DNA of 62,702 bases, the filler included. It is 5 parts of 5 records of this genome, joined end to end, with 100 filler letters (N's around TTAATTAATTAA, not from the genome) between each part and the next. Parts side by side here need not be neighbours in the genome. Positions count along the whole stretch, not along the records: positions 23,588 to 54,695 come from SRR31156797_10165; 4 more parts are not named here. The stretch is one strand, 5' to 3'. Within the stretch, counting starts at the first letter, position 1. Each line of letters opens with the position of its first letter. A program made the position numbers and the translations under genes. The notes beneath the pieces are model-generated. The model was given only the letters and a program-made list of their open reading frames with translations, was not told where the DNA came from and did not search any database. Shown one piece after another: positions 39,135 to 50,130 of this stretch.

Positions 39135-40211
39135 CTAGTCTTCTACGTCTATCTCAACGCGGCGGTTAAGCTTGCGTCCTTCTTTGGTTGTGTTGTCATA
39201 CTTAGGATTCATTTCGCCATAACCTTTGACTTCCAAACGTTCGGGGGTAATCCCGTTGGCTGCCAGCCAGTCGGCAACAGATTTGGCTCTGCGCTCGGAC
39301 AGTCCCTGGTTGTATGCTTCGGAACCGGAGGAATCAGTATGTCCGCCGACCAGAACTTTAAGGTTCGGGAATTCTTCCAGCAGGGTGGCTGCTTCAGTCA
39401 GTGCAGGAACCATTTCATCGGTGATTTTGTACTTGTCGAAACCGAAGTTGAAGTTACGGAAAACGATCTTTTCCTGAACCGGAACAACCGGAGCAGCAAT
39501 TACAACTTCTTCAATTACTTCAACGATAAGTTCTTCTTCCTGAGTGTAGAAAACGTCCTGTGCGAACTTGTCGAGAACCGCTTTGTCTGCGAGAGCAGCT
39601 GCATCAACATATACGCCGCAGGGGGTAAGGCTTGCGAGACGTTTCAGGTTGGACTTGCCGCGTGCGGTGTCCGCTACACTGATGATGTGCAGGCAGAAAC
39701 GGTCGCCGTATTTTTTAGCCATATCGGAAACGATAACCGCAGGATTGCGGCCGGAGTTGGTTAGACCGTCGGAAACAAAAAGAACTGCGAATTTGCCGTT
39801 CCAGTTTTTGAGTACCCCATCGAGGTCGGAAAATCCGGTGCCTATCGGAGTGGACTGGAAGAAAGGCAGGTCGCTGGGAACGGATGCAATCCCTTTAGCC
39901 ATGGCAGATCTTGTGAATATGGATTTGGGGGAATAGGTTGCAAAGTCGGGCATTGCGTAAAGAGCGGAGTCGTATCCCAGCTCGGGAACAACGTTGTTAA
40001 GTCTCTTCAGAGCGTTCAGTCCGGCAATGATTTTAGGATTCCCTGTGGAGCCATATGTTTGAGACATGGATGGAGATGTGTCTACAAAATATGCAAAGGC
40101 ATCGACTTTGGGTTTAAGAACAATTCTAGACTCAGCAGAGGCCATCGAGCCGAAGGCTAGGAGAGTGGCTAAGGCAACTGTCAGGATTAATACAACTTTT
40201 CTTTTGAGCAT
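39135..40211 (-). CDS. OmpA family protein with N-terminal vWA-like domain
   Basis: Signal peptide, DTSPSM / VSDG MIDAS-like motif, GHTDSSG..NQGLSERRA..NRRVEI. Confidence 0.9.
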   Translation of the reverse strand: MLKRKVVLILTVALATLLAFGSMASAESRIVLKPKVDAFAYFVDTSPSMSQTYGSTGNPKIIAGLNALKRLNNVVPELGYDSALYAMPDFATYSPKSIFTRSAMAKGIASVPSDLPFFQSTPIGTGFSDLDGVLKNWNGKFAVLFVSDGLTNSGRNPAVIVSDMAKKYGDRFCLHIISVADTARGKSNLKRLASLTPCGVYVDAAALADKAVLDKFAQDVFYTQEEELIVEVIEEVVIAAPVVPVQEKIVFRNFNFGFDKYKITDEMVPALTEAATLLEEFPNLKVLVGGHTDSSGSEAYNQGLSERRAKSVADWLAANGITPERLEVKGYGEMNPKYDNTTKEGRKLNRRVEIDVED

Positions 40212-40325
40212 TATGAAAATCCTCCGGTATGTTGGTTAACGGTTCTAATTAGTATTTTTACTCTATCAAAATTAAGGCATTGGCGGACCTTAATCAATAC
40301 TTTTGTATTATTTTTATGGTTCTTT

Positions 40326-41645
40326 TTAGTGTTCAGCGGTTGCAAAGTGTTTTTCAAGCATGATTTTAAGAATGGTCCGGTCTGTATCGATCATACCCTG
40401 GGTGCTCAGTGTGCCGATGTTCTGCATTGTTTGTTCAGGGGAACTGCCGATAATGCCGTCCGTAGAATGGACATTGACTCCATGGATTGCAAAAAGGGCG
40501 GCCTGAACAGCTGTCCCAGCGGCTGTAGCCAGTTTCAGGGCGCAGCCACACTTGGCTCCGTCACAGATTATTCCTGCAAGGTCTTCGGTTAAGTTGGTGA
40601 TGGCACCGGCCATTTGGCTCGGAGTTCCACCCATGAGATAGGTGACCCCGGCTGTGGCTCCGGCTCCGGCAGCAACGGAACATCCGCATACAGCGGACAA
40701 CCGGCCAGTCTGGGCTTTTACATATGCGGTAACAAGATGACTGAGAGCGATTGCTTCAAGCATGGTCTTTTCAGAGCAGTCCACAAATTCACTCACTGCA
40801 TAAATGGGCAGAATTGCGGTCAAGCCGTGGTTGCCCGATCCTCCTGAGCTCATGGCTGGAAGCTTGATGCCACCCATGCGGGCATCGGATGCCGCAGATG
40901 TTATGGTACGGGCGGCCAGAATCATGTCTCTGTTCAGGATCTTCATGCGGGCCAGTTTTTCAAATGTAGCCCCGACGCCTAAGCCGGAACCGTGCTTAAG
41001 TCCGTAATCCGCAAGGCGCATGTTGTAGGTTATGCCTTCTTTGAGAAAATTAAAATCCTGTTCGTCCAGATCGTTAATCATATCGACAAGATCGTCGAGG
41101 GATAGAGTTTTAATGAAATCCTCAAGCTTGGAAACATCGGCTTTCTGAGCTTGTTGTTCTTTGATCAGAGTGGAGTCTTTTACCGGTTCTCCGTTAAGGG
41201 TCAGGGAAATGATGTTGTCGTGTACGCCTTCAATAATAGTTTCAACTGAATCGGAGCCGAAGATAAGCAGCGCACGGACATAAATGCCGTGTCTGTTTTC
41301 AAGCAGGTTCACTGTAACAGGGTTGTTCTTCTTGTATTTGCAGGCTTCTTTTGTGCTCGGTTCGTCAAGAGGTTCAAGGACTTCAAGGCCAAGCGTAGGG
41401 TCACCGTAAAGTGCTCCTAAGGCAGCGGCTGTGTCCAGTCCGTTCAATCCGCCTGTGCCGGGTATGATTACCGCAAGTCCGTTTTTATAAATATTCGGAT
41501 CAACCCAGACTTCGATTCTGTCCGGTCTTTTGTCCGGTATCACTGAAGCCGCCGCAGCAGTGGCAAGGGCAATGGCTACGGGTTCGGTACAGCCCAGAGC
41601 AGGGGATACTTCAAGGTGCAGGATTTCCTTTACTGAATATTTCAT
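40326..41645 (-). CDS. L-cysteine desulfidase (CyuA/YhaM-like, serine dehydratase alpha family)
   Basis: PALGCTEP, SDARMGG, SGGSGNHG, GRLSAVCGC, ICDGAKCGCALK. Confidence 0.87.
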   Translation of the reverse strand: MKYSVKEILHLEVSPALGCTEPVAIALATAAAASVIPDKRPDRIEVWVDPNIYKNGLAVIIPGTGGLNGLDTAAALGALYGDPTLGLEVLEPLDEPSTKEACKYKKNNPVTVNLLENRHGIYVRALLIFGSDSVETIIEGVHDNIISLTLNGEPVKDSTLIKEQQAQKADVSKLEDFIKTLSLDDLVDMINDLDEQDFNFLKEGITYNMRLADYGLKHGSGLGVGATFEKLARMKILNRDMILAARTITSAASDARMGGIKLPAMSSGGSGNHGLTAILPIYAVSEFVDCSEKTMLEAIALSHLVTAYVKAQTGRLSAVCGCSVAAGAGATAGVTYLMGGTPSQMAGAITNLTEDLAGIICDGAKCGCALKLATAAGTAVQAALFAIHGVNVHSTDGIIGSSPEQTMQNIGTLSTQGMIDTDRTILKIMLEKHFATAEH

Positions 41646-42098
41646 GACAGTCCCTTGATTTTGAATGTTGGTTTAATGTTGCAGTGTGAGTTTGTTTTGG
41701 TAAGTAAACAACGTTTGTAAATAAAGTCTAGAGAAAATCGTAATAAATAGTTCTATTAAATCAGTGTAACATTAAAATATACTGAAGTAAGATCAAAAAC
41801 AAGAAGTATGAAGATGAATTAATATCTAAATGGAGTAGCGAGTGTGTAAGTATGGTTTCTTTTGTTGTTTACAACGTGTTTTTTTTATATCTGTGTTGTT
41901 TTTTATTTAAAATTAGACCTTCTTATGCATTGGTTGATGTTGATCAAAAGTTATTGCGTGTGTTTCCGTGTAAATCAGGCCTTTTAACTTAAATGTAGTT
42001 GAAAAGTGTTAGAAAAATAAGTAACATCCGGCAACTTATATTGTGTGATAGCTCTAATAGATGTTTGTATCTGCTTAAATTAGCTGGAGAATTTATAT

Positions 42099-43076
42099 AT
42101 GTATATTGTTACTGGCGGAGCCGGGTTTATCGGCAGTGCCATGGTATGGAAATTAAACCAGATGGGAATCGACGATATTTTAATCGTTGATAACCTTGCT
42201 AAGACTGATAAATGGAAGAATCTGGTTAACCTTCGTTACGAGGATTATGTCCACAGAAACCAGTTCTACAAGCTTATTCTCGAAGGGGATGACCCTTTTG
42301 AAACTGATGCCGTAATTCACATGGGCGCCTGTTCTTCAACAACAGAGCAGGACGCGGATTTCCTGATGGAAAATAACTACCGCTACACCCAGATGCTTTG
42401 CCGCTTCTGTCTCAAGCATGATGTTCGTTTCATCAATGCTTCCAGTGCAGCTACTTACGGTGACGGCCAGTTCGGTTTTGACGATGACCATGCAGGCATT
42501 GACCGTCTCAAGCCTATGAACATGTACGGTTATTCCAAGCAGCTTTTTGATCTTTGGGCCAAGCGCGGCGGAGTCTTGGATAAGTTGGTCAGCCTCAAAT
42601 TTTTCAATGTATTCGGACCTAACGAATACCATAAAGACGACATGAAGAGTGTCATTTGCAAGGCTTTCAAACAGATCGGTGAAACCGGCGAGATGAAACT
42701 TTTCAAGTCTTACAAGCCGGAATACCCCCACGGCGGACAGAAGCGCGATTTCGTTTACATCAAGGATTGCGTGGACGTTATGTGGTGGTTCCTGCAGAAC
42801 CCGCAGGCAAACGGTATTTTTAATATCGGAACCGGACAGGCCCGGGAATGGAATGAGCTTGCTCGGTCTGTTTTTGCAGCCATGGATGTGGACCCGAACA
42901 TCAGCTACATTGAGATGCCGGAAACCATCCGTGACAAGTACCAGTACTTCACTCAGGCCAATATGAGTAAACTGGTGGAAGCCGGGTATGATAAGCCGTT
43001 CACTTCATTGGAAGATGCGGCTAAAGATTATGTGCAGAATTATCTGGCTCAGGAAGATCCTTATCTCAAGAGCTAA
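42099..43076 (+). CDS. hldD: ADP-L-glycero-D-manno-heptose 6-epimerase
   Basis: IVTGGAGFIGS, HMGACSSTT, ASSAATYG, YGYSK, YQYFTQA. Confidence 0.95.
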   Translation: MYIVTGGAGFIGSAMVWKLNQMGIDDILIVDNLAKTDKWKNLVNLRYEDYVHRNQFYKLILEGDDPFETDAVIHMGACSSTTEQDADFLMENNYRYTQMLCRFCLKHDVRFINASSAATYGDGQFGFDDDHAGIDRLKPMNMYGYSKQLFDLWAKRGGVLDKLVSLKFFNVFGPNEYHKDDMKSVICKAFKQIGETGEMKLFKSYKPEYPHGGQKRDFVYIKDCVDVMWWFLQNPQANGIFNIGTGQAREWNELARSVFAAMDVDPNISYIEMPETIRDKYQYFTQANMSKLVEAGYDKPFTSLEDAAKDYVQNYLAQEDPYLKS

Positions 43077-43102
43077 TTGTTAATCCGGTCAGCCGGGACT
43101 GT

Positions 43103-45439
43103 TTGAATATTAAAGGGCAGGTTGTTTTGAAATCTAGGTTCGCCATATTTGTAGTTATACTTCTCCTTTGTCTGCCATGTGCATCTTTTGCGCAGGAACA
43201 GATGACCGTGCCCATGACCGACAGTAATGGCGTGGAGCAGAAGGGTGAGCAGTGGAAGTTTTCCGCCGACAAACTTGTTGTGGAGAGCGACAGCGAATAC
43301 CTTCAGGCTTACGGGGATGTAACCCTGCGTAGCGGTGACAGCTACATCAAGGCGGATTTTGCCCGTTTTTATCAGGCAACCAAGTGGATTTACCTGCGCG
43401 GCAATGTAAAGGCGCAGATTAAAGGCGACTTTTACGACGCGGCTGAAGCTGAATTCGACCTTAATAATATGGTCGGTTGGCTGAAAAAGGGCCGCGTTTT
43501 TGTTGCCAAGCCCCATATATATTTTGAAAGTGAATTCATTGAGAAGCACAACGGCGCTACATACAGCTTTAAAGATGTCAAGGTAACCGCCTGTGAGGGA
43601 GAGAATCCGCTCTGGTCCTTTGAGTCCGGAGAGGGAGATATCACCATCAACGGTTACGCAAGGCTTTGGCATTCCAAGTTTAAGGTAAAGGGTTTCCCGG
43701 TCATGTACACTCCTTACATGGAGCTTCCGGTACAACGTGAGCGTCAGTCCGGTGTTCTTGATCCTGAAATCGGTAACTCCAACCGTCTTGGTAACAGGAT
43801 CAACCTGCCGTTCTACTGGGCTATCAATGATGAAATGGACATGACCTTTTACCCGGAATATTTGAGCAAGCGCGGAGCCAGACCCGGGGTGGAATTCCGT
43901 CATTCCGAGGATGTGAACACCAAAGGATCATGGCGTGCGGATTGGTTGTACGACAGTAAAAGTTACAACAACCCCGATGACGCAAGTTATTCCTTCAGCG
44001 ATACCATGATCAGGCCTAACCAGAACCGTTGGTGGATCAGATCAAAATATAACGGCTATCTCGGAAATCCTGACTGGCAGACCATTTTTGATATGGACCT
44101 TGTCTCTGACCAGGATTATCTGCGCGAATTTCGTTCCGGTTCTAATGGTTACGATGCTACCCGTGATTCCTTTCTTGATGAATTCGGGCGTGACATAGCC
44201 ACTGCCGATTCCAACGAAAGAACCAGTACCGCTCTTATAGCCAGAAGTTGGGATAAATACTCGGTTTCAGCTCTTGCGCAGTACACGGAGAATCTGCTTT
44301 ATCGCAACGATAATAACCCTTCCACTAAGGACCCGACCCTGCAGACAATGCCGCAGCTTTCCGCTTACGCATTTAAAGAGAATTTTTTCGGGACTCCCAT
44401 TGAGTGGGAAGGTGAATTTCAGTCTAGCTATTTCTGGCGTGAATACGGCACCACAGGTGGCCGTGTTGACGTCAAGCCTTCATTCAGTATGCCTGTGCGT
44501 GTGGGCGGAGTGACCTTTATCCCTCATGCCGGGGTAAGGGCTACTAATTATCTGGGCACTTCGTTCCAGAACTCTACCTCTGAAGGCAGCCATGATTCGA
44601 CTCAGTTTCGTTTTCTGGCCGATGCCGGAATCAGTGCGGCTACAGATTTTTACCGCGTATTTGATTTGGAGTCCGCGCCGGTTGCAAACAAGGAAAATGT
44701 TGGGCAGTCCGGCTGGACCCGCATGAAACATAATGTGATTCCCCGCTTGGAATATTCATGGGTGCAGGATGACTCTGCATCTCAGGCCAAGCTGCCTTAT
44801 TTTGACTCTCGTGACCGCATTTCCGAGCAGAATGATGTTGTCTTCTCGCTGACTAACGTTTTTGACCGCAACCGCGCAACCGTGGTTATAGGTGATGACG
44901 GTAATCCGGTGCTGGAAAATGACTACCTGGAATTTCTGCGGGTGCGCCTTGAACAGGGGTATGATATTGACGAGGAAAACCGTTCCAGTGAACTCAGTGA
45001 GTATGAACGGCGTCCCTTCTCTGATTTCATGGCTGAGATTATTATTACGCCCTATAATTTCGTGAACCTGACCTCCAGGACATGGGTTTCTCCTTATGTG
45101 GGTGATGTCACCGAGCATGAAAATATCCTCAAATTCTTTTACGATGAATATGCTGAATTCTCACTTGGCTACGATTACCTGCGCAAGATTGATGAATATA
45201 AGCGTCAGCAGGAAACAGACATGCAGATCATCAGTTACGGTATGAAAGCCAGACTGCCTTGGAATCTGCAGGTGGGCGGCAAATTCAGGGCCGATCTTAA
45301 CTCAGGTCGCGATCTTGAAAAGACAGCTTCTGTGGGCTGGAACCACCAGTGTTTTGCCATGGAATTCATTGCCTCCAAGACCACTGTTGATGAACGCTAC
45401 AGCGTAAACTTCAATCTCATTGATATGAGTATCTTCTAA
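43103..45439 (+). CDS. lptD: LPS assembly protein LptD
   Basis: Signal peptide, OstA-like N-terminus (VTAC..PLW), RERQSG, PFYWAI, large beta-barrel, HQC near the C-terminus; start uncertain. Confidence 0.88.
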   Translation: MNIKGQVVLKSRFAIFVVILLLCLPCASFAQEQMTVPMTDSNGVEQKGEQWKFSADKLVVESDSEYLQAYGDVTLRSGDSYIKADFARFYQATKWIYLRGNVKAQIKGDFYDAAEAEFDLNNMVGWLKKGRVFVAKPHIYFESEFIEKHNGATYSFKDVKVTACEGENPLWSFESGEGDITINGYARLWHSKFKVKGFPVMYTPYMELPVQRERQSGVLDPEIGNSNRLGNRINLPFYWAINDEMDMTFYPEYLSKRGARPGVEFRHSEDVNTKGSWRADWLYDSKSYNNPDDASYSFSDTMIRPNQNRWWIRSKYNGYLGNPDWQTIFDMDLVSDQDYLREFRSGSNGYDATRDSFLDEFGRDIATADSNERTSTALIARSWDKYSVSALAQYTENLLYRNDNNPSTKDPTLQTMPQLSAYAFKENFFGTPIEWEGEFQSSYFWREYGTTGGRVDVKPSFSMPVRVGGVTFIPHAGVRATNYLGTSFQNSTSEGSHDSTQFRFLADAGISAATDFYRVFDLESAPVANKENVGQSGWTRMKHNVIPRLEYSWVQDDSASQAKLPYFDSRDRISEQNDVVFSLTNVFDRNRATVVIGDDGNPVLENDYLEFLRVRLEQGYDIDEENRSSELSEYERRPFSDFMAEIIITPYNFVNLTSRTWVSPYVGDVTEHENILKFFYDEYAEFSLGYDYLRKIDEYKRQQETDMQIISYGMKARLPWNLQVGGKFRADLNSGRDLEKTASVGWNHQCFAMEFIASKTTVDERYSVNFNLIDMSIF

Positions 45440-45540
45440 CCATAGGACTTATAAAGCACCATCTGTGGCGCCGTTGCATTCTTGCTCCTTGCTTCTGGTT
45501 CTTTCTAGGCCCTATGGCTGTTAATTGAGAAAACTTACTG

Positions 45541-45574
45541 GGCCCCCCGACTACTGATGTGTAGACGGGGGGCC
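45541..45574 (+). terminator. GC-rich hairpin (probable terminator) after lptD
   Basis: GGCCCCCCG..CGGGGGGCC. Confidence 0.6.
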
Positions 45575-45649
45575 TTGCTTATTGTAGTCTTGGCAGTAAT
45601 TAATCCTGATTTTAATAGATAAATATAAAGACCAGATAGATATAGAATT

Positions 45650-47548
45650 ATGAGCACTCCTGAAATCCATGTTCTTCCAGCTTCTCTGCGTAATCAGATT
45701 GCTGCCGGTGAAGTTGTAGAGCGGCCATCCAGTGTAGTTAAGGAATTGGTTGAAAACTCCATTGACGCGGGCAGCACACAGGTTGACGTTGCTGTTGAGC
45801 GAGGCGGGCAGGGCTTTATATCCGTGAAGGATAACGGGCGCGGTGTTGCAGCCGATGAACTGAAGCTGGCTGTTACCCGTCATGCCACCAGCAAGATTTC
45901 AAATGTTGACGATTTGAGCACCATCACCAGCTTCGGTTTTAGGGGCGAGGCCTTGCCTAGTATTGCCTCGGTTTCTCGTTTCAAGATGAGTTCCTGCCGC
46001 AAAGGTGCGGACGAAGGCTGGTTCATTCACGTTGAAGGTGGTGATGTTGTCGAAGAAGGTCCGGCAGTAATTCCCGGCGGTACTTCAGTTGAAGTGCGGG
46101 ATCTTTTTTTTAATGTTCCGGCACGCTTGAAATTTTTGAAGACCGAGACCACTGAAGCCCGACGTTGCAATCAGGTCTTGTTTAAGATCGCTCTCGCTAA
46201 CGTTGAAGCTGGATTTACTTTTACCTCTAATGGTCGTGAGCAATTCAGGCTTCCGGCAGGGCAGTCTCTGCCCGATCGTCTTTCTGTTTTCTGGCCGCGC
46301 AATATTTGTGAATCCCTTCTGGAATTTTCTCATGAAGCCGGGGAAATGAAAGTTCACGGTTGTGCAGGTCTTCCCGGTTTGGCTCAAGGTCGCGGGGATC
46401 GCATGGTCATGTTCGTCAACGGTCGTCCTGTACAGGATAAGCTGTTGCTCAGTGCTATTCGCGGAGCTTACAAAGGTCGTTTGATTTCCCGTGAATATCC
46501 ACAGGCGGTTCTTTTTTTAGAGTTGCCACCGGAATTGGTTGATGTGAACGTGCATCCAGCCAAAATGGAAGTCCGTTTTCAGGAAGAGAGAGCTGTTTTC
46601 AGCATCATCCGTAATGGTATCGGACAGGCTCTGTCCCGCTATGAGTTTGGCATTGTTGAAGGTGACATGCTTTTGGAAGGGCAGCCTGAAATGCCGGTCC
46701 GTCCGGCTGTGCAGGAAAAAAAGTTATCGGAAAGTGTCTCGCTGCCAATTGAACCTGCGGCTAAATTTTCCAGCTGGAACGAATTTAAAAATACAGATTT
46801 CACAGCCTTGGATGATGAGTCGGAAGTCGCTTCCAGTTTGCCCAAAACAGATTTTTCATCTCCACCTGTTGCTGCGTCACGTCCGGAGCCGGATATGGTT
46901 CATGAACAGGCCATGGATTACACGACGCAGGAAATTCAGGTTTCTGATCCTGAACCGCAGCAGTATGGATTATCCATAGCTGGCCCCACTTACGTTCCCG
47001 GTTCGCGTATTGAGTATCTGGGGCAGGTAGCTGATACCTATCTTGTTCTCAAACTCCCTAATGGCTCACTTGGTCTGTTGGACCAGCACGCGGCTCATGA
47101 GCGGGTGATCTACGAAAATATGAAGTCTCTGCGCACTCGTGGTGAATCTCGGCCGCTGGCCCTGCCTATTGAGCTGGTCCTCCATCCCAGCGAAGTAGAG
47201 CGGGTGCAGGATATGTGGGAGGACCTACAGGCTGCCGGGTTCATGCTGGAGTTGGATTCCGGTCAGACTCTTTCCATGCGTGGAATACCACCGGCACTTG
47301 AAACCGGAGAGGCAAGGGAGTACTTAAGAGCAGCAGTGGACGGACAGGCCAAGACCCTCGACGACCTATGGATCATGCTTTCCTGCAAATCCGCCATCAA
47401 GGCCAACCTGCCTTTAGCGGTGGATGAGGCTCTTTCTCTGCTGGAAGCGTGGGTTAAATGCCCGCAGCGGGAATACTGCCCTCATGGCCGTCCTGTCCTG
47501 ATCAGTTGGTCCGCGCTGGAAATGGAGAAACTTTTCAAACGCAAATAG
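45650..47548 (+). CDS. mutL: DNA mismatch repair endonuclease MutL
   Basis: NQIAAGEVVERP, GFRGEAL, DQHAAHERVIYE, SCK, CPHGRP. Confidence 0.97.
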   Translation: MSTPEIHVLPASLRNQIAAGEVVERPSSVVKELVENSIDAGSTQVDVAVERGGQGFISVKDNGRGVAADELKLAVTRHATSKISNVDDLSTITSFGFRGEALPSIASVSRFKMSSCRKGADEGWFIHVEGGDVVEEGPAVIPGGTSVEVRDLFFNVPARLKFLKTETTEARRCNQVLFKIALANVEAGFTFTSNGREQFRLPAGQSLPDRLSVFWPRNICESLLEFSHEAGEMKVHGCAGLPGLAQGRGDRMVMFVNGRPVQDKLLLSAIRGAYKGRLISREYPQAVLFLELPPELVDVNVHPAKMEVRFQEERAVFSIIRNGIGQALSRYEFGIVEGDMLLEGQPEMPVRPAVQEKKLSESVSLPIEPAAKFSSWNEFKNTDFTALDDESEVASSLPKTDFSSPPVAASRPEPDMVHEQAMDYTTQEIQVSDPEPQQYGLSIAGPTYVPGSRIEYLGQVADTYLVLKLPNGSLGLLDQHAAHERVIYENMKSLRTRGESRPLALPIELVLHPSEVERVQDMWEDLQAAGFMLELDSGQTLSMRGIPPALETGEAREYLRAAVDGQAKTLDDLWIMLSCKSAIKANLPLAVDEALSLLEAWVKCPQREYCPHGRPVLISWSALEMEKLFKRK

Positions 47549-47577
47549 TCAGTCTCAATCTCAACCGGAGATCTCCA

Positions 47578-48702
47578 ATGACAATCGGATATAATACACT
47601 TGAAGTTGAAGTTGATTTAAATGCCATTCGCCATAATTATCGGTTGCTCAGCAAAAAAGGCAGCAGGGTTTACGGCGTGGTCAAGGCTGACGCCTACGGC
47701 CATGGTCTCATTGAGGTTGCCCGTGCTCTTGAGGGAGAGGGCGCGGACACTTTCGCTGTGGGCACAGTGGATGAGGGGATGCAATTACGTAACAGTGGTT
47801 GCAGCAAGCGCATAATCTCATTACTTGGTCCGCTCAATGAGGAAGATTGCTTCAATGTGTCCCAGAGCAATATAATTCCTTTTATCGGTGAATTTGAACA
47901 GCTGGATATGCTTTCCGGGGTTGTGTCCGCGCAGGGACGCAAGGTTGAGGTTAGCCTGAAATTTGATACCGGAATGTCCCGGCTTGGTTTCAGCGTCCAC
48001 GAATTGGATAGGTTGATTGGTTGGCTGAAGGGCAATCCTGAAGTTACTCCGGTACTGGCAAGTTCGCACCTTGCCACTTCTGATGATCCGGCTTACGAGG
48101 GATATATGTCTGCGCAGGCTGAGACTTTTTCTGGTATTTTAAAGCGTCTAGCCGAGGCCGGATATGAGCTGGAAGCATCGCTTGCCAACTCCGCAGGAAT
48201 TCTGGTTCATGATCAGGTTCATTATTCCGCCCAGCGCGGGGGAATTGCCCTGTATGGCTCCAATCCTCTGCTGGGAACCGAGTGGAGTGAGTGTGGGCGT
48301 GCTCTTAAACCTGCCATGCAGGTTCGCACCAAGATCGCGGCTGTGCGGGCACTTAAAAAAGGGCAGGCCATCAGTTACGGTTGTACCTACACCGCAGAAC
48401 GGGACATGACTGTGGCTATTGTCTGCGCCGGATATGCCGATGGATACAGCCGCGGGCTTTCCAATGCCGGACAGGTTTGCATTCACGGGAAGCGGGCCAA
48501 GATTCTGGGCCGGGTCTGCATGCAGCTTTGTATTGTGGATGTCAGTCATATCGAGAATGTCAAATTCGGTGATACCGCCTACCTGCTTGGCGGTGAAGGT
48601 GAAGGGCGTATAAGTGCTGAAGATTTAGCCGGCTGGTGGCAGACCATTACTTATGAAATTTTTTGTCTTCTGGGGATGAATCCGAGGGCATATAAAAAAT
48701 AA
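47578..48702 (+). CDS. alr: Alanine racemase
   Basis: VVKADAYGHG, GYADG, GRVCM, TITYE; start after GGAG at 47578. Confidence 0.95.
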   Translation: MTIGYNTLEVEVDLNAIRHNYRLLSKKGSRVYGVVKADAYGHGLIEVARALEGEGADTFAVGTVDEGMQLRNSGCSKRIISLLGPLNEEDCFNVSQSNIIPFIGEFEQLDMLSGVVSAQGRKVEVSLKFDTGMSRLGFSVHELDRLIGWLKGNPEVTPVLASSHLATSDDPAYEGYMSAQAETFSGILKRLAEAGYELEASLANSAGILVHDQVHYSAQRGGIALYGSNPLLGTEWSECGRALKPAMQVRTKIAAVRALKKGQAISYGCTYTAERDMTVAIVCAGYADGYSRGLSNAGQVCIHGKRAKILGRVCMQLCIVDVSHIENVKFGDTAYLLGGEGEGRISAEDLAGWWQTITYEIFCLLGMNPRAYKK

Positions 48703-48719
48703 AAAACGGGAGATATAAC

Positions 48720-48908
48720 ATGTCTTGGAAAGTAGCAGAGAGTCATCCGCTCAAGGATGTTGATCCGGCAGAACTCAGGGATAAATGGGTGAACGTAGCC
48801 ATGGATATGGCTTTGATTCCTGAGAACAACATCCGCGTTTATATCGAAGACGGCATTGTCCGCATCGAGGTGAGCGAAGAACTTTACAACTGCATGGCTG
48901 GTATTTAG
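48720..48908 (+). CDS. Small hypothetical protein (62 aa)
   Basis: GGAG SD, directly after alr, followed by a terminator at about 48920-48950. Confidence 0.7.
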   Translation: MSWKVAESHPLKDVDPAELRDKWVNVAMDMALIPENNIRVYIEDGIVRIEVSEELYNCMAGI

Positions 48909-48981
48909 CTTGCGGTGAAGGGCGGTCTGCAAAGGCCGCCTTTTGTTTTTTATCTGCTGGAACTGCAAATCGGAGTTTTTC

Positions 48982-50130
48982 ATGAAAAGATATAGATTTA
49001 TTCCGGTCCTCTTTGTCTTGATTCTTGTCCTTTGTTTTTGTGCGGGATGTAATGATAGAAAAGCATCCGGTGAATTCAAGGTCGGAGTTGTTGCGGTCAC
49101 CAGCGGTGAGCTGTTCAGGAAAGGGAATTATATAATTACCGCCGCTCGTTATGGAGCAGACAAGCTCAATAAGTCAGGCGGGCTGGAACTAGAAGGTCAG
49201 TCTTATAGGGTTAAGCTGTTTCCCGCTGACAGTAACGGCGATGCTGAAATTGCGGCTAAAGCCGCTACTCGTTTGATTGAGAAAGATAAGGTTTCAGCAA
49301 TTGTCGGTGCTGCCGGAAGCAAGGTTGCTCTGGCCGTAGCGCAGGTCTGTGAGGAGCACAAAGTTCCTTTCATTACCCCGGTCGCGGGCACCAATAAGCT
49401 TACTTACTTTAAATATTCTTTTCGCGTTTCCTATACCAATACGGTGCAGGGTGAAGCATTGGCCCTGTTTGCAAAGGAAGATCTTGGACAAAAGGATGTG
49501 GGAGTTCTGTTTGATTCTTCCAGTCCTTACAGTTCCGAGTTGGCCCGTTTTTTTAAAGAGGATTACCTGAATGGCGGAGGCAAGGTTGTTTCATTTCAAA
49601 GCTATGTTGCCGGAGAACGGGTTTTTTCCACCCAGTTGAAAAAGATAGTTGAATCCGGGGCGCAAATCCTTTTCCTGCCCAATAATACCAAAAAGGTACA
49701 ATTGCAGGTCGCACAGGCCCGTAAGCTGGGTTTCAAGGGAATTCTTATGGGCAGTGATTCATGGGACCCCATTGAACTGCAGCGTAACTCACTGTTCAGA
49801 AACAGCTACTATACCGACCATTGGGTACCGAGCCTACCCATTGAAGGGGTTGCGGAGTTTGAAAAGGATTACAAGAAAACAAATGGTGTTGATCCCAGCG
49901 AACTTGAGGCACTGACCTATGACGCCGTCATGTCCCTATTTGCTGCCGCAAAAATAGCCGGAACAGTTAATCCTGTAGCCGTTCACGATGCTCTGGTGGA
50001 TATGCCGCCCTTCCACGGTGTGACCGGAACTTTCGATTACAACAACAACGGAGACCCGGACAAAGATGTGATCATTTCAACCTTCCGTGACGGTCATATT
50101 GCAGTGCAGGATATTATTGACCTGAGATAG
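48982..50130 (+). CDS. LivJ-type ABC substrate-binding lipoprotein
   Basis: Lipobox CAGC; type I periplasmic binding protein motifs (FRVSY, YDAV, GVTGTFDY). Confidence 0.85.
   Translation: MKRYRFIPVLFVLILVLCFCAGCNDRKASGEFKVGVVAVTSGELFRKGNYIITAARYGADKLNKSGGLELEGQSYRVKLFPADSNGDAEIAAKAATRLIEKDKVSAIVGAAGSKVALAVAQVCEEHKVPFITPVAGTNKLTYFKYSFRVSYTNTVQGEALALFAKEDLGQKDVGVLFDSSSPYSSELARFFKEDYLNGGGKVVSFQSYVAGERVFSTQLKKIVESGAQILFLPNNTKKVQLQVAQARKLGFKGILMGSDSWDPIELQRNSLFRNSYYTDHWVPSLPIEGVAEFEKDYKKTNGVDPSELEALTYDAVMSLFAAAKIAGTVNPVAVHDALVDMPPFHGVTGTFDYNNNGDPDKDVIISTFRDGHIAVQDIIDLR

Noticed and set aside
45440-45540. tRNA or small RNA between lptD and mutL
   Set aside because: No cloverleaf or T-loop; only a short CCATAGG/CCTATGG pairing and no convincing ORF.
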